Source of the DNA: a virus
Direction: 5' to 3' (one strand)
Virus record (IMG/VR): IMGVR_UViG_3300032224_000809
Span: 1 to 64,000 of that record
DNA length: 64,000 bases
Below the pieces are notes generated by a model. It had not been told where the DNA came from and made no database searches. It saw only the letters and a list, made by a program, of their open reading frames with translations. Position numbers and translations under genes: made by a program. Below, piece after piece: positions 47,305 through 57,532 of this stretch (positions are counted from its first letter, which is position 1; every line of letters starts with the position of its first letter).

Positions 47305-47924
47305 TGGCAACCGCATCATATATGTCAGGACGCAAGAAGTGGGGAAGACCCCAAGCGTTGCTTTGGTCTGAAAATTCAGGTAAGTTAGATAATGGACTAT
47401 ACGTACCAAATGGATTAGAGAAAGGTGCAACAGCAACAACAGATACCCTGGTTGATCAGTTTATTGTTTTATCGGATCATGGTAGAGCCCCTATTGATAT
47501 ATCAACAGAAAGAATTGAGAAACGTGAAAGAACTGTAAATGGTAAATCAAGATCTTATCATATTGCAGACAAGAATAAGTTTACTGTTTCGTGGACAGGT
47601 CTTCCATCAAGAGCATTTTCAGATGCCCCAGAGTTTTCTGTAAATGGGAAAAAGACTAGCGCTGGTATTGGGTTTACTGTAGATGGTGGAGCAGGCGGAG
47701 TAGAACTATTAGATTGGTATGAAAACCATAAAGGATCTTTCTGGATGTTTTTATCATACGATAAATATAATACCTTTGGTTCTAACTCAGAAGCCAAGAT
47801 GCATTTACAACAGTATAACGATGTTGTTGAAGTATACATATCAAACTTTAACTATAAGGTTGGCAAGCGTGGACAGACACTACATGATTTTTGGGATATT
47901 ACGGTAACCCTGGAAGAGGCGTAA
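47304..47924 (+). CDS. distal tail/hub-like protein
   Basis: Directly after TMP; R.RT.NG..R, W..LP, WDITVTLEE. Confidence 0.6.
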   Translation: MATASYMSGRKKWGRPQALLWSENSGKLDNGLYVPNGLEKGATATTDTLVDQFIVLSDHGRAPIDISTERIEKRERTVNGKSRSYHIADKNKFTVSWTGLPSRAFSDAPEFSVNGKKTSAGIGFTVDGGAGGVELLDWYENHKGSFWMFLSYDKYNTFGSNSEAKMHLQQYNDVVEVYISNFNYKVGKRGQTLHDFWDITVTLEEA

Positions 47925-50900
47925 TGTTTAAAAATGCAGAACTGAATCAGCATTTATTATCTTCTTCTGTAGTTCAAACAAACTCTTTAGTTGTTGCAGA
48001 GTGGAACCTTAACATTCCAACAAACATTAAACAAATAGGAAACTACAGATATAGGCCAACAGACCAAACATCTCCATACAATAATATTGTATCTTCTTTT
48101 GACATTAATGATGCTGGTAATCATTACACAGATGCAACAGATTCCGATATAACAATTGATGGCGGATATACAGATAATAATCTTCCAACTACACTTACAA
48201 AAACAAAAGATAAGTTAAAAATGCTATATTCTTTAGAGTCTTGTTTTCAACAGTTTAGACCAAGATCTGGAATTAATAAGGCATCGTACCTACCTGGAAG
48301 ATACCTTCACAGTCAGAATATAAACATGGCACGTAGACCAAGATACTATATGCCTGATAAAAATGATAAATTTAAATATTGGACTTCTTTGAGAACCGAA
48401 GGTAATACTGAGTATGGAATTTCTTTCCTATCTTCTAGTGGACAATATGCAATTAATGATTCAGCCCCTTATATTGTTTATGAAGAAGAGGTTCCAGCAA
48501 ACCGTGTAGTAGTTAAATTACAAACGCATTCTGGTAATGTAGACCTTGGCCCCTTTTCAAATGCAACAGGAACTTATTCTGATCCACTATATGGTGATGC
48601 TAATAAAAGTGTTCCGTTAAGGTGGAAAGTCCAGGGGCTCAAGAATAATACCTGGGTAGACCTAGTATCATTTACAGAAACATCATTAAGACAAGACGGA
48701 ACTCCAGTAATAAAAACAGATGGATATGTTGAGTTAGCCTATGGATTAAAAATACCCAATAGATATAGGGATATCTTTATTTATGCAGATACCTATACCT
48801 CTGAAGACTTCTTGCCAGATGAGTCAGTAAATGGATACTCTTATTTTATCAAGCAGTCAGAAACTGATATCGGATATTATGTTATATTTATAAATGGAAA
48901 CAAAGAAACATTTGTTCCAGAGTATGGTTGGTACTTAGAGGAAGATTCTGTTGATAGACTCACAAACTTTGTTACAGACACTACCTCTCCAGTTAAATTT
49001 ACAACTACAACAAATAGTGGATACAAGTACCGTGAGTTTGACTACGTTGGTGGATTAAGAGTAGTTGCACAAACAATGAATAAAATTGGAGCAACACTAG
49101 ACCTTATTGAACTATCCCCAAGACTGTCTGTAAATGTTTCAGACAAGGTCACTACGCTAAACCTAAAAAAGAGTGCCTCTGATCTGGGTTCTAGTGGATT
49201 GCCAGTAGGTCAACTCTTAGCCTCAACAGGATCTTTATCTTTATTTGATTTTGATGATGCCTTTAGTGCTAATAATGATAGTAGCATTCTTTCTAAATAT
49301 GTTACTAATCATATACAGTTTAAAATTTATGATGTAACTGTAAATTTAAATGGCTATGACTATATGGTGCCAATTAAAACAATGTATTCTGAAGGTTTTC
49401 CAAAGTATGAAATTACTAATAAAAAACTTACAGTAGACCTTAGAGATCTATTCTTTTACTTTGAATCATTAACTGCACCACAAACATTATTTAGAGATGT
49501 CAGCCTTAGTGCTGCAGTATCATTTTTACTTGACTCTATTGGATTCTCTAACTATTCTTTTAAAAGAGTTGCTGGAGAAGTAGATCTAGTTATTCCGTTC
49601 TTCTTTATTCCAACAGATAAAAACATTGCAGAAATATTACAAGACCTTGCAAGATCCACTCAGACAGCAATGTTCTTTGATGAGTACAATAATTTTATCT
49701 GCATGAGTAAGTCTTACATGATGCCAACAGAAGCAGAGAGAGCGTCTGACGTTACGTTATCAAAAGAATTTAACATTATTGATGTATCTTCAAAAAATAA
49801 TTCAGTTTATAACAATGGATATCTTAATTACGAGACAAGGTCAATACAAAAAAACTACGGATCAATTAAACAAGCAAGCCTAATTGATTCTGATAAAACC
49901 TGGATATACAAACCAGTTCTTTTATGGGAAGTAACTGGAACAGAAAATACAAAAACGTCTACTGGCCAAATAACAAACCAGTCAGACTACACCCTCAGCG
50001 CAATACCCTTAAATTCAAACCTATCGGCTACAGTTCCATATGTAAAAAATAATATAGTTGTTGATAATATTATTGATTTTGGAGAAGGAGTTTATTGGAT
50101 ATCAAGATATAATGGATATTTTTACTCTAATGGAGAAATTATTAAATATGATGCTGTAGAGTACAGCGTCTCTGGACAAGGAAATGTTTGGATATCTAGC
50201 ACACAAGAGTATTCTAATTATTTTTCTAAAATATCTTTTAATGGAAAACTTTATCCAACTGGAAGAGTTAGAATCTATTCTCTTCCTAAATATGAAACTG
50301 TACAAGGTGTTTTAAAATTAAAAAACGGAGTAGTTGAAGAGCATGGTCGTGGACAGTTTGGCACCGCTATTGTTGCACACAATGCAGCCATATCAGATCA
50401 CTGGCTAGACGCAGCCAACGTAAGAGGTTGCGATATGAATTCAGACTACTTATTTAAGACCGATTATGGAGTAGCAACTGGCACTGTTGCTGCAGCAGGA
50501 GTAAATTCTGCTACTGCTCAAAAAAGTGGAAGAACTAATATAATTAAAAACTTTTTATCAACAACATTTGTAGATGAAAAAACTATTAACTCAATAAGGT
50601 CAACACAAACTGGAACAGTTCAGTCGTCAGCACTTATTTTATCTGGCCCAAGTTTTTCTGCACAAGAAACTCCAATTAACTTTTTGTCATATGTTAAAAA
50701 ACCATTAACAGATAAGTTTAAACATTTTGGAACAAGAATGAGAATTATTGGAAAAGTTGAAAGTGGTCTATCTAATTCACAGTCAGCAGTTGGAAATACA
50801 ACGTACTACGTTGTTCCAGGAACTACACCAGATAAAAATATTAACGTTTCAGGAGGATCTGGGGGGCTTGCAGTTTTGTTAAACCCAGAAACAAATGTGG

Positions 50901-52144
50901 GATATTATTTTGAAATTATAGCATTGGGATCAAATAATATCAGTTCTAATTCAAAAGCAAATGTAAACAATATTATGTTTTATAAAATACAAAAAGACTC
51001 ATCTAGTGATAAAGCAGTTCCAATTAAACTTTGGGAAGGCCTAGGTAATATAATTGTAGACAATGGGTTATTTACTGGTCAATATAGAATGGCGTCTGAG
51101 CAGAACCCAACAGTTTATGATCTTGCAGTTGAGTATATAGATATTGGAAACATTAGAAGGTTTTACTTATATATAAACGGGGTATTAATAAAAACCGTTG
51201 ACGATGCATCTCCACTACCAACATATAACAACATGGCTTTATTTACCCGTGGCTCATCAAAGATGATGTTTGAAAATATATATGCGTTAACAACAAACTA
51301 TAGTCAAAACACCTCTAACATTCTTGAAACGCCAGTTCAATCTGTATATGGGGATGATGCTGTGGATGTTCATGAGTCATTTAAAAAATATGCCTTAAGT
51401 GGTATGATTCAAAATACCTATCTTTCAGGTATTGATCCATCACAACCACCAAAATATAATATATACTTTGAAGAGTTTGGAACAATCATGAGAGAGTGTG
51501 CAACATTTAATGTTAAATATGATAAGGCTTATCCAGCGCTTTACGCAAAACTATCTCCAACCTTTAACTCATTAAAAACATATTCGGTATCTGGATTTAG
51601 GGCTGGATCGTACGGCGCTGAGTTTATGGTATTTAATGCAACAGATACTGCAATCAGTTTAGATTCATCAAGTGGAAACTATCTAAGAATACAGGGTGTA
51701 ACATTTACGCAGCAAAGTACTAACAAATTGACAGTCGATGAATTTTTTAATAAGGGTAGTGATTTTTCTGATCCACAGTTTGCTGGCTCAAATCTTGTGT
51801 CATCTCCATTTAAAGTAAAGAAACAATATGAAGGAATTAAACTAAGTAGAATGCTTCATGGTAATAAAGATTTTTCTTTAGATGTTCCCTATGTTCAATC
51901 TTCAGACGAAGCAAACTCTTTAATGTCCTGGCTAACACAAAGAATCATGAAACCTAGAAATTCTATTGGACTTAAGATTTTTTCATTGCCAACAATGCAA
52001 CTAGGAGATATTGTAAAGATTGATTATTTAGATAATAATATTGATGTCTTAGACTCAAAAGATAAGCGATATGTTGTATATAGCATAGACTATGCTAGAT
52101 CTATAGCAGGTCCAGAGATGACAGTATACTTGGGGGAAATATAA
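47924..52144 (+). CDS. large tail tip/baseplate hub protein
   Basis: Synteny; ILQDLA...AMFFDEY and MQLGDIVKI motifs. Confidence 0.7.
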   Translation: MFKNAELNQHLLSSSVVQTNSLVVAEWNLNIPTNIKQIGNYRYRPTDQTSPYNNIVSSFDINDAGNHYTDATDSDITIDGGYTDNNLPTTLTKTKDKLKMLYSLESCFQQFRPRSGINKASYLPGRYLHSQNINMARRPRYYMPDKNDKFKYWTSLRTEGNTEYGISFLSSSGQYAINDSAPYIVYEEEVPANRVVVKLQTHSGNVDLGPFSNATGTYSDPLYGDANKSVPLRWKVQGLKNNTWVDLVSFTETSLRQDGTPVIKTDGYVELAYGLKIPNRYRDIFIYADTYTSEDFLPDESVNGYSYFIKQSETDIGYYVIFINGNKETFVPEYGWYLEEDSVDRLTNFVTDTTSPVKFTTTTNSGYKYREFDYVGGLRVVAQTMNKIGATLDLIELSPRLSVNVSDKVTTLNLKKSASDLGSSGLPVGQLLASTGSLSLFDFDDAFSANNDSSILSKYVTNHIQFKIYDVTVNLNGYDYMVPIKTMYSEGFPKYEITNKKLTVDLRDLFFYFESLTAPQTLFRDVSLSAAVSFLLDSIGFSNYSFKRVAGEVDLVIPFFFIPTDKNIAEILQDLARSTQTAMFFDEYNNFICMSKSYMMPTEAERASDVTLSKEFNIIDVSSKNNSVYNNGYLNYETRSIQKNYGSIKQASLIDSDKTWIYKPVLLWEVTGTENTKTSTGQITNQSDYTLSAIPLNSNLSATVPYVKNNIVVDNIIDFGEGVYWISRYNGYFYSNGEIIKYDAVEYSVSGQGNVWISSTQEYSNYFSKISFNGKLYPTGRVRIYSLPKYETVQGVLKLKNGVVEEHGRGQFGTAIVAHNAAISDHWLDAANVRGCDMNSDYLFKTDYGVATGTVAAAGVNSATAQKSGRTNIIKNFLSTTFVDEKTINSIRSTQTGTVQSSALILSGPSFSAQETPINFLSYVKKPLTDKFKHFGTRMRIIGKVESGLSNSQSAVGNTTYYVVPGTTPDKNINVSGGSGGLAVLLNPETNVGYYFEIIALGSNNISSNSKANVNNIMFYKIQKDSSSDKAVPIKLWEGLGNIIVDNGLFTGQYRMASEQNPTVYDLAVEYIDIGNIRRFYLYINGVLIKTVDDASPLPTYNNMALFTRGSSKMMFENIYALTTNYSQNTSNILETPVQSVYGDDAVDVHESFKKYALSGMIQNTYLSGIDPSQPPKYNIYFEEFGTIMRECATFNVKYDKAYPALYAKLSPTFNSLKTYSVSGFRAGSYGAEFMVFNATDTAISLDSSSGNYLRIQGVTFTQQSTNKLTVDEFFNKGSDFSDPQFAGSNLVSSPFKVKKQYEGIKLSRMLHGNKDFSLDVPYVQSSDEANSLMSWLTQRIMKPRNSIGLKIFSLPTMQLGDIVKIDYLDNNIDVLDSKDKRYVVYSIDYARSIAGPEMTVYLGEI

Positions 52145-52145
52145 T

Positions 52146-52637
52146 ATGGCAGTAGACGCATCATCAGCAACACCTGCAACAGTTAGCGCAGCATCTCAAA
52201 GTGCTGTAAAGATACCAACACCAGACCTGGTTCTTTTTAATACTGCCCCAATGCCAATTGAGGTAATGACCGATTTAATATTTGAAGATATTGGCGGTAT
52301 AGAGTTACTAAGCCTATCAAGATCAGACATGGTAAATGGACAAGATATTTTATACTCTCCAATTAGGAATTTAAGCAGCATATTCTTTCAGTATAATCCC
52401 TTAAACTTGATTGCAATGCAAGGAACAATTCAATCAACATTTGATGCCTTTCCTATAAAGTTTGAGCAGTATGTTCCTGAAAATGGCAATGGCCCAGACG
52501 GGGCTTCTGTCTATATTGATAGTACTACTGGGGACCTAATTGTCAATGTTGTTAATTTAGGAAATGATGAAAATGTTCGTGTTGAAATACAGGTAAATGG
52601 AACCAAGTATAATGATACAATATATAGGGCGGAATAA
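52146..52637 (+). CDS. minor tail protein
   Basis: ORF track; context. Confidence 0.5.
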   Translation: MAVDASSATPATVSAASQSAVKIPTPDLVLFNTAPMPIEVMTDLIFEDIGGIELLSLSRSDMVNGQDILYSPIRNLSSIFFQYNPLNLIAMQGTIQSTFDAFPIKFEQYVPENGNGPDGASVYIDSTTGDLIVNVVNLGNDENVRVEIQVNGTKYNDTIYRAE

Positions 52638-52639
52638 AT

Positions 52640-53842
52640 ATGATAACTAATACTGGCAAAAACATACTAGCAAAATACCTTATAGGGCAGGCACCAGCCT
52701 ATGCCTCATATATTGCTATAGGCTGTGGACCAAAACCTGTTGACACTAGTCATGCATTTACAAATCAGGAAGTATCTGATATGAGCAATAAGACTAGCCT
52801 TGATTTTGAGATGCAGAGAGTTCCGATTACATCAAGAGGATATGTCAAAGAAAATGGTGTCTCTAAAATTGTATTTACTGCAGAACTAGACTCAACTCCA
52901 AGATACGAAATATCAGAAGTTGGAGTATTTTCTGTTGGATCTAATACTGCTAACGGAGCATATGATAGTAAATCTTTATTCTCTTGGGCTAATAACGAAA
53001 ACTGGAAACTATATAGTCCTTCATCTGGCTCAGGAACAATTACAGAAATTCCACAAATACTAGACCCGCTTAGTACTAATGCAGTCACAAGCGCTGTGAC
53101 AAATAATATTCTTGGTTCATACAATGTCGGAACAAATGGAGCACTTGTTGAATGCCCAGTAATAAAGACAAGTGCAGAAAATACTATCTTTAACTCAAGC
53201 GTAAGAATTGCAAGGAATGAAAGATCTAGATTTTTAAATGAAACAGTTTTGGTGCGGGGAGATTCTGCAACAATAACAAAAGCAAGTGGGAGACTCTCAG
53301 CGTCTGCAACATCTAAATGTTTAATATATACTGGAGTCTCTATTGACCTAACAAGAAACTCATCGGTTGATGAGTTAAAACTTGCTTTTTCTATTGTTAA
53401 CAAAAATGAAACTGGGTTAGATCCAGAAAAATTTAAAATCATTCTAGAGTTTGCATCAACAGATGGAACTCAAACTGCAAGAATGGAAATTGACTCAGAC
53501 GATATGTCAATAGATCTTTCTTCAAATAGATATTTTGTTGTAACAAAGCAATTGCAGGAGTTATTCTATAACTCTGGGTCAACTCCATTTTCTTGGAATT
53601 CCGTTAATTTAGTAAAGGCCTATGCTTCTGTATTTAGAAAAAATTCAAGTAATGCTTATGTTGTTTCATCAGACTACTATGTATCCTTTGATGGATTGAG
53701 ACTAGAAAATAAGTCTACATCAAACCCACTTTATGGACTTACTGGTTACTCTATTGTTAAAAATATAGATGCAAAGCCAATTGTTAAGCAGACAGCATAT
53801 TCTGGTTATATTGAATTTAGATTTGCTATTGAGGTGCAATGA
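52640..53842 (+). CDS. minor tail/baseplate protein
   Basis: MITNTGK...YIAIGCG...ISEVGVF pattern. Confidence 0.6.
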   Translation: MITNTGKNILAKYLIGQAPAYASYIAIGCGPKPVDTSHAFTNQEVSDMSNKTSLDFEMQRVPITSRGYVKENGVSKIVFTAELDSTPRYEISEVGVFSVGSNTANGAYDSKSLFSWANNENWKLYSPSSGSGTITEIPQILDPLSTNAVTSAVTNNILGSYNVGTNGALVECPVIKTSAENTIFNSSVRIARNERSRFLNETVLVRGDSATITKASGRLSASATSKCLIYTGVSIDLTRNSSVDELKLAFSIVNKNETGLDPEKFKIILEFASTDGTQTARMEIDSDDMSIDLSSNRYFVVTKQLQELFYNSGSTPFSWNSVNLVKAYASVFRKNSSNAYVVSSDYYVSFDGLRLENKSTSNPLYGLTGYSIVKNIDAKPIVKQTAYSGYIEFRFAIEVQ

Positions 53843-54285
53843 TGGCAACACCAGATCCAGGCATCAAAAATATTATAATTCAAAAAAAAGATCTACCAGC
53901 CTACGATGGTAAAAATAGTTCTTATACAATAAGGTATAAGATAGTTTCTTCTGATGGAAATAGATCATCACATTGGTCTCCACAAAGAACCATGATCGTT
54001 GCAAAACCATTAAATACGAATTTTAATGTTGCAGTATCTGGTCCAAATGTTGTAGCAGTTTGGGATCATTCAAGTGGAAATATTTCTGATAAATTTGATG
54101 TTTATGTTAAATGGTCTGGAGATACAGAATGGTCTTTTGTTACTACAGTATCTTCATCTTATTTTGTAACATTAAAGAAACAGGCTAAAACAACTATTCA
54201 GGTTGCAGTACAACAGGAGACATATCAAAAACAAAGATTTAATAATTCTACCTTATGGGAAAGCGGAGTTATATCACTGGCTTAG
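53839..54285 (+). CDS. FN3/Ig-like structural protein
   Basis: Y.IRY.IVS.D.NR.SHWSP; beta-rich. Confidence 0.5.
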   Translation: MMATPDPGIKNIIIQKKDLPAYDGKNSSYTIRYKIVSSDGNRSSHWSPQRTMIVAKPLNTNFNVAVSGPNVVAVWDHSSGNISDKFDVYVKWSGDTEWSFVTTVSSSYFVTLKKQAKTTIQVAVQQETYQKQRFNNSTLWESGVISLA

Positions 54286-54299
54286 TGGTATAATTAAGT

Positions 54300-54746
54300 A
54301 TGGCACAACTTCCCCTACCTGAGCGTGGTCAACCACTAGATGTAACATATGTCTATCAGATGGCTAATGCTATTAATTATCTTGACTCAGCAATATCGGT
54401 TCCATCAACGTATAAGTATGTTACTGTGGATGCAGGTCCAGCAGGAAAGCAAAGCGTAAGAACGTCAGAAGCAAGAATTATTGGTGGATATGTTTCTATT
54501 AATAATAATACATCTGTAACTGCTTCAGAAGAAAAAGATTTTTCATATGATTTTTCAACAGATTTTAAATATGCTCCAATAGTTGTTGCAACTGTTGTGA
54601 ATGCGGGAGGAACCGATGCTGGCCGTGATATGTCAGTAATCATCAAGCCACCATCTACTAACAAAGTAGAAGGGTCTGTTAGATTTAACAAAGGTGGCAT
54701 TGTAACCGCTGGAGTTAATCTTATTATCATCGGCATACCAAATTAA
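54300..54746 (+). CDS. minor tail protein (H-type-lectin/gp53-like C-terminus)
   Basis: F...FKYAPIVVAT...VNLIIIG. Confidence 0.5.
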   Translation: MAQLPLPERGQPLDVTYVYQMANAINYLDSAISVPSTYKYVTVDAGPAGKQSVRTSEARIIGGYVSINNNTSVTASEEKDFSYDFSTDFKYAPIVVATVVNAGGTDAGRDMSVIIKPPSTNKVEGSVRFNKGGIVTAGVNLIIIGIPN

Positions 54747-54937
54747 TGTTAAGATGCTTAAAATGCAAAGGAAGAATGTTCTTAGACAGGATATATTCAT
54801 CCCCAATGCATCTCGAATCATATTGCATGCTCTGTGGATCTAGAAGGTTTTTTAATCCACCCAATAGTTCGGAAGAAGGAAGATGGCTACTAAAAAAGGA
54901 ACTACAGAGGTCGAAGGCTACAATCTCCTCCCTGTAA
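54746..54937 (+). CDS. zinc-ribbon protein
   Basis: CLKCKGRMF...YCMLCG. Confidence 0.65.
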   Translation: MLRCLKCKGRMFLDRIYSSPMHLESYCMLCGSRRFFNPPNSSEEGRWLLKKELQRSKATISSL

Positions 54938-55428
54938 TTCCTGGCAATAAAAAAGTTTGGTTTTTAAATAAAGATCTTGTTCGTATTTATCACTACAACC
55001 AGTCCAATGGAATAATGTCTGTTTACAATATTACTAAAGATCAAATCGAAAGTTGTTTAATTAGTGATTTTAAAAATAAAAGAGAGAGAGCATATACGGT
55101 AGGCCAGACTGCTGATTTAGTTAATCGTCATAAAAAATATATGCCATCATTAATGAAACGAGGAGTCATTCCATTTCCTACAGGATCACAAAAAGGCGGG
55201 GATAGAGGATGGCAAGTAAGATCATACTACTCAGAATCCCAAGTAAGAGAGATACGTGATATACTTGCTACACACCATATTGGTAGACCAAGAAAAGATA
55301 ATTTAATAACAAATGATATAACACCCACAAAGGCTGAATTGACAAGGCGAATGGGGGATGGTATACTTAAATATACGAAAACTGAAGATGGACGATTTAT
55401 TCCAATTTGGAACGAATCAATTAATTAA
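54883..55428 (+). CDS. MerR-like HTH DNA-binding protein
   Basis: YTVGQTADLVNR...GVIP.P...RSYYSESQV. Confidence 0.6.
   Translation: MATKKGTTEVEGYNLLPVIPGNKKVWFLNKDLVRIYHYNQSNGIMSVYNITKDQIESCLISDFKNKRERAYTVGQTADLVNRHKKYMPSLMKRGVIPFPTGSQKGGDRGWQVRSYYSESQVREIRDILATHHIGRPRKDNLITNDITPTKAELTRRMGDGILKYTKTEDGRFIPIWNESIN
55339..55367 (+). promoter_or_regulatory. consensus promoter inside the HTH gene, upstream of the replication operon
   Basis: TTGACA-17 bp-TATACT with extended TG. Confidence 0.7.
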
Positions 55429-55438
55429 GGGGTATAGG

Positions 55439-55645
55439 ATGAATAACGAAGAAACCAAGGTATCTGTAACATTGGGGTACACGCTTAATCTGGGAAATTT
55501 TCAGTCGCTTAGACTGGATCTTGGGGTTGTTGAAAATCGCAAAAATGGAGAAACAATTGACCAAGCCTTTGAGCGTGTTTATAAGTTTGTTGAAGACAAA
55601 CTGACTACTAAAATTAACGAAGCAAAGTCTGAAATAAACGAGTAA
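55439..55645 (+). CDS. hypothetical protein
   Basis: V.VTLGYTLNLGNFQSLRLD motif; likely start 55439. Confidence 0.7.
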   Translation: MNNEETKVSVTLGYTLNLGNFQSLRLDLGVVENRKNGETIDQAFERVYKFVEDKLTTKINEAKSEINE

Positions 55646-55953
55646 TGGCCGAACGCAAAGACCGAATGGCTTTGCTTTCAAGATACAGTAAGTATCATAC
55701 AGCAAGGTACGAGTCAAAGCCATCACTGAACTTAAACGTTGAGCAATGGGCTTCCGACGCACTTGTAGAGTCCTATGGAATAGGAGAATGCTATGATTTA
55801 CTTGAGTACTATTTTAGTGTTGCTTCCTCTCCTTCTTGGAATTACTTTGCATACAATGCAGAAAAAATACTACAAGCAAGACTAGATAAGAAAAAAGACG
55901 ACAAAGAACGATTAGAGCGCAGAGCAAAAGCAAAGGAGTGGCTAAGTGAGTAA
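55645..55953 (+). CDS. hypothetical replication-associated protein
   Basis: Coupled to the helicase gene. Confidence 0.6.
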   Translation: MAERKDRMALLSRYSKYHTARYESKPSLNLNVEQWASDALVESYGIGECYDLLEYYFSVASSPSWNYFAYNAEKILQARLDKKKDDKERLERRAKAKEWLSE

Positions 55954-57166
55954 TACAGAATCAAAATTAATTTCTGCAGTATTAAAAGACAAACAAGCCC
56001 ACGTTCTGCTTCAAGCCAATATTGATTCAATTCTCAGAACCCACGGAGACATCTGGACATTTATTCGAAAGTACTTTGAGGCTAATGGATCTACTCCGCC
56101 AGTCAGTTTGGTTGTAGAGAAGTTTAGAGATTTTATTCCAACAGAAGAGATTGGTGCAACAAAGCACCACCTAGAAGAGTTACGTGCAGAGTATTTAACA
56201 GATAGCCTTAAAGATATAATAAGATCAGCAGCATCGGATGTTCAGTCTGGTAATGGTCCAGAGGCTCTAGACTCTTTAATCACATCTACATCAGCATTAA
56301 AAAAGAATACATCCGCAATCCGTGATATTGATGTTACTGACCTAGAGTCTGCAGTCGCATACTTTGAAAATGTAAAGAAGATGCAGGCTTTGGGACATGT
56401 AGGCATTAAGACTGGTCTTCCTGGTTTTGATAACTACCTTCCAGCAGGAATCATGCCAGGGCAGTTAGGAGTCTTCCTTGCATACCCAGGTATTGGAAAG
56501 TCCTGGTTGGCTCTCTACTTCGCTGTACAAGCCTGGAAACAGGGTCGTAGCCCCATGGTCATCAGCCTTGAAATGAGTGAGACAGAGGTTCGTAACCGTG
56601 TGTTTACTATTATGGGTGAGGGCCGTTGGTCACACAGAAAAATTAGTAATGGAGAAATTGAGATTGACATGCTTAAAGAGTGGCATGCAAAGAATCTTCA
56701 GGGAAAGCCAGAGTTCCATATTATTTCAAATGATCAGGGTGGAGAAATTAATCCATCCGTTATTCGTGGAAAGATTGATCAGTATAAGCCAGACTTTGTA
56801 ATCGTTGACTACCTTCAGTTAATGGCTCCTAATCAGAAGTCAGATAATGAAACGGTAAGAATGAAGAACCTTTCACGAGAACTTAAACTTATGGCAATTG
56901 GTGAAGAGGTTCCTATTATTGCTATCTCATCTGCAACCCCAGATGATGTAAATGACCTATCAACTGTTCCAACTCTTGGACAGACTGCTTGGTCAAGACA
57001 GATTGCCTATGATGCTGACTGGGTGCTTGCTCTTGGTCGTGGAACTAATAGTGACATTATTGAATGCGCTTTTCGTAAAAACCGTAATGGATATATGGGA
57101 GACTTCTTAGTCCAGTGTGATTTTGACAAGGGATACTACAGATACAAAGACTTTGAGGATAAGTAA
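55946..57166 (+). CDS. dnaB: replicative DnaB-like helicase
   Basis: AYPGIGKS Walker A, SLEM, IVDYLQLM, YDAD, KNR. Confidence 0.92.
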   Translation: MSNTESKLISAVLKDKQAHVLLQANIDSILRTHGDIWTFIRKYFEANGSTPPVSLVVEKFRDFIPTEEIGATKHHLEELRAEYLTDSLKDIIRSAASDVQSGNGPEALDSLITSTSALKKNTSAIRDIDVTDLESAVAYFENVKKMQALGHVGIKTGLPGFDNYLPAGIMPGQLGVFLAYPGIGKSWLALYFAVQAWKQGRSPMVISLEMSETEVRNRVFTIMGEGRWSHRKISNGEIEIDMLKEWHAKNLQGKPEFHIISNDQGGEINPSVIRGKIDQYKPDFVIVDYLQLMAPNQKSDNETVRMKNLSRELKLMAIGEEVPIIAISSATPDDVNDLSTVPTLGQTAWSRQIAYDADWVLALGRGTNSDIIECAFRKNRNGYMGDFLVQCDFDKGYYRYKDFEDK

Positions 57167-57187
57167 ACATATGGGTATAATTAATGT

Positions 57188-57532
57188 ATGGCAAGCGTAC
57201 ACCACAAACCAATTAAAAGGTTTAATCTCTCAGGGATTATTCATGATGAGTCAGCCCTAGGCAGGCTTAAACTGGAGTATGCCAGATTATTAGTATCAGA
57301 AATGAAACTGACAGGGTACGTTCCAAGGTTTGACATAGAAGTAGATTTTACGGTAGACTATAATAGTAAGAAGAAATATTTTGAGTTTGAAATCACGGTA
57401 CATGGAATATACGTAGGAAGAAGGCAGAGCGAATGGATAGATGGAATAGACGGGCACAAGGTGATTTATACACCGCCGAACAAATTAAAAGAGTCCTCAC
57501 GGGCGCAGGTATTGAAGTCGAATCTGACTTAG
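57188..57532 (+). CDS. hypothetical protein
   Basis: ORF track; leaderless start. Confidence 0.65.
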   Translation: MASVHHKPIKRFNLSGIIHDESALGRLKLEYARLLVSEMKLTGYVPRFDIEVDFTVDYNSKKKYFEFEITVHGIYVGRRQSEWIDGIDGHKVIYTPPNKLKESSRAQVLKSNLT

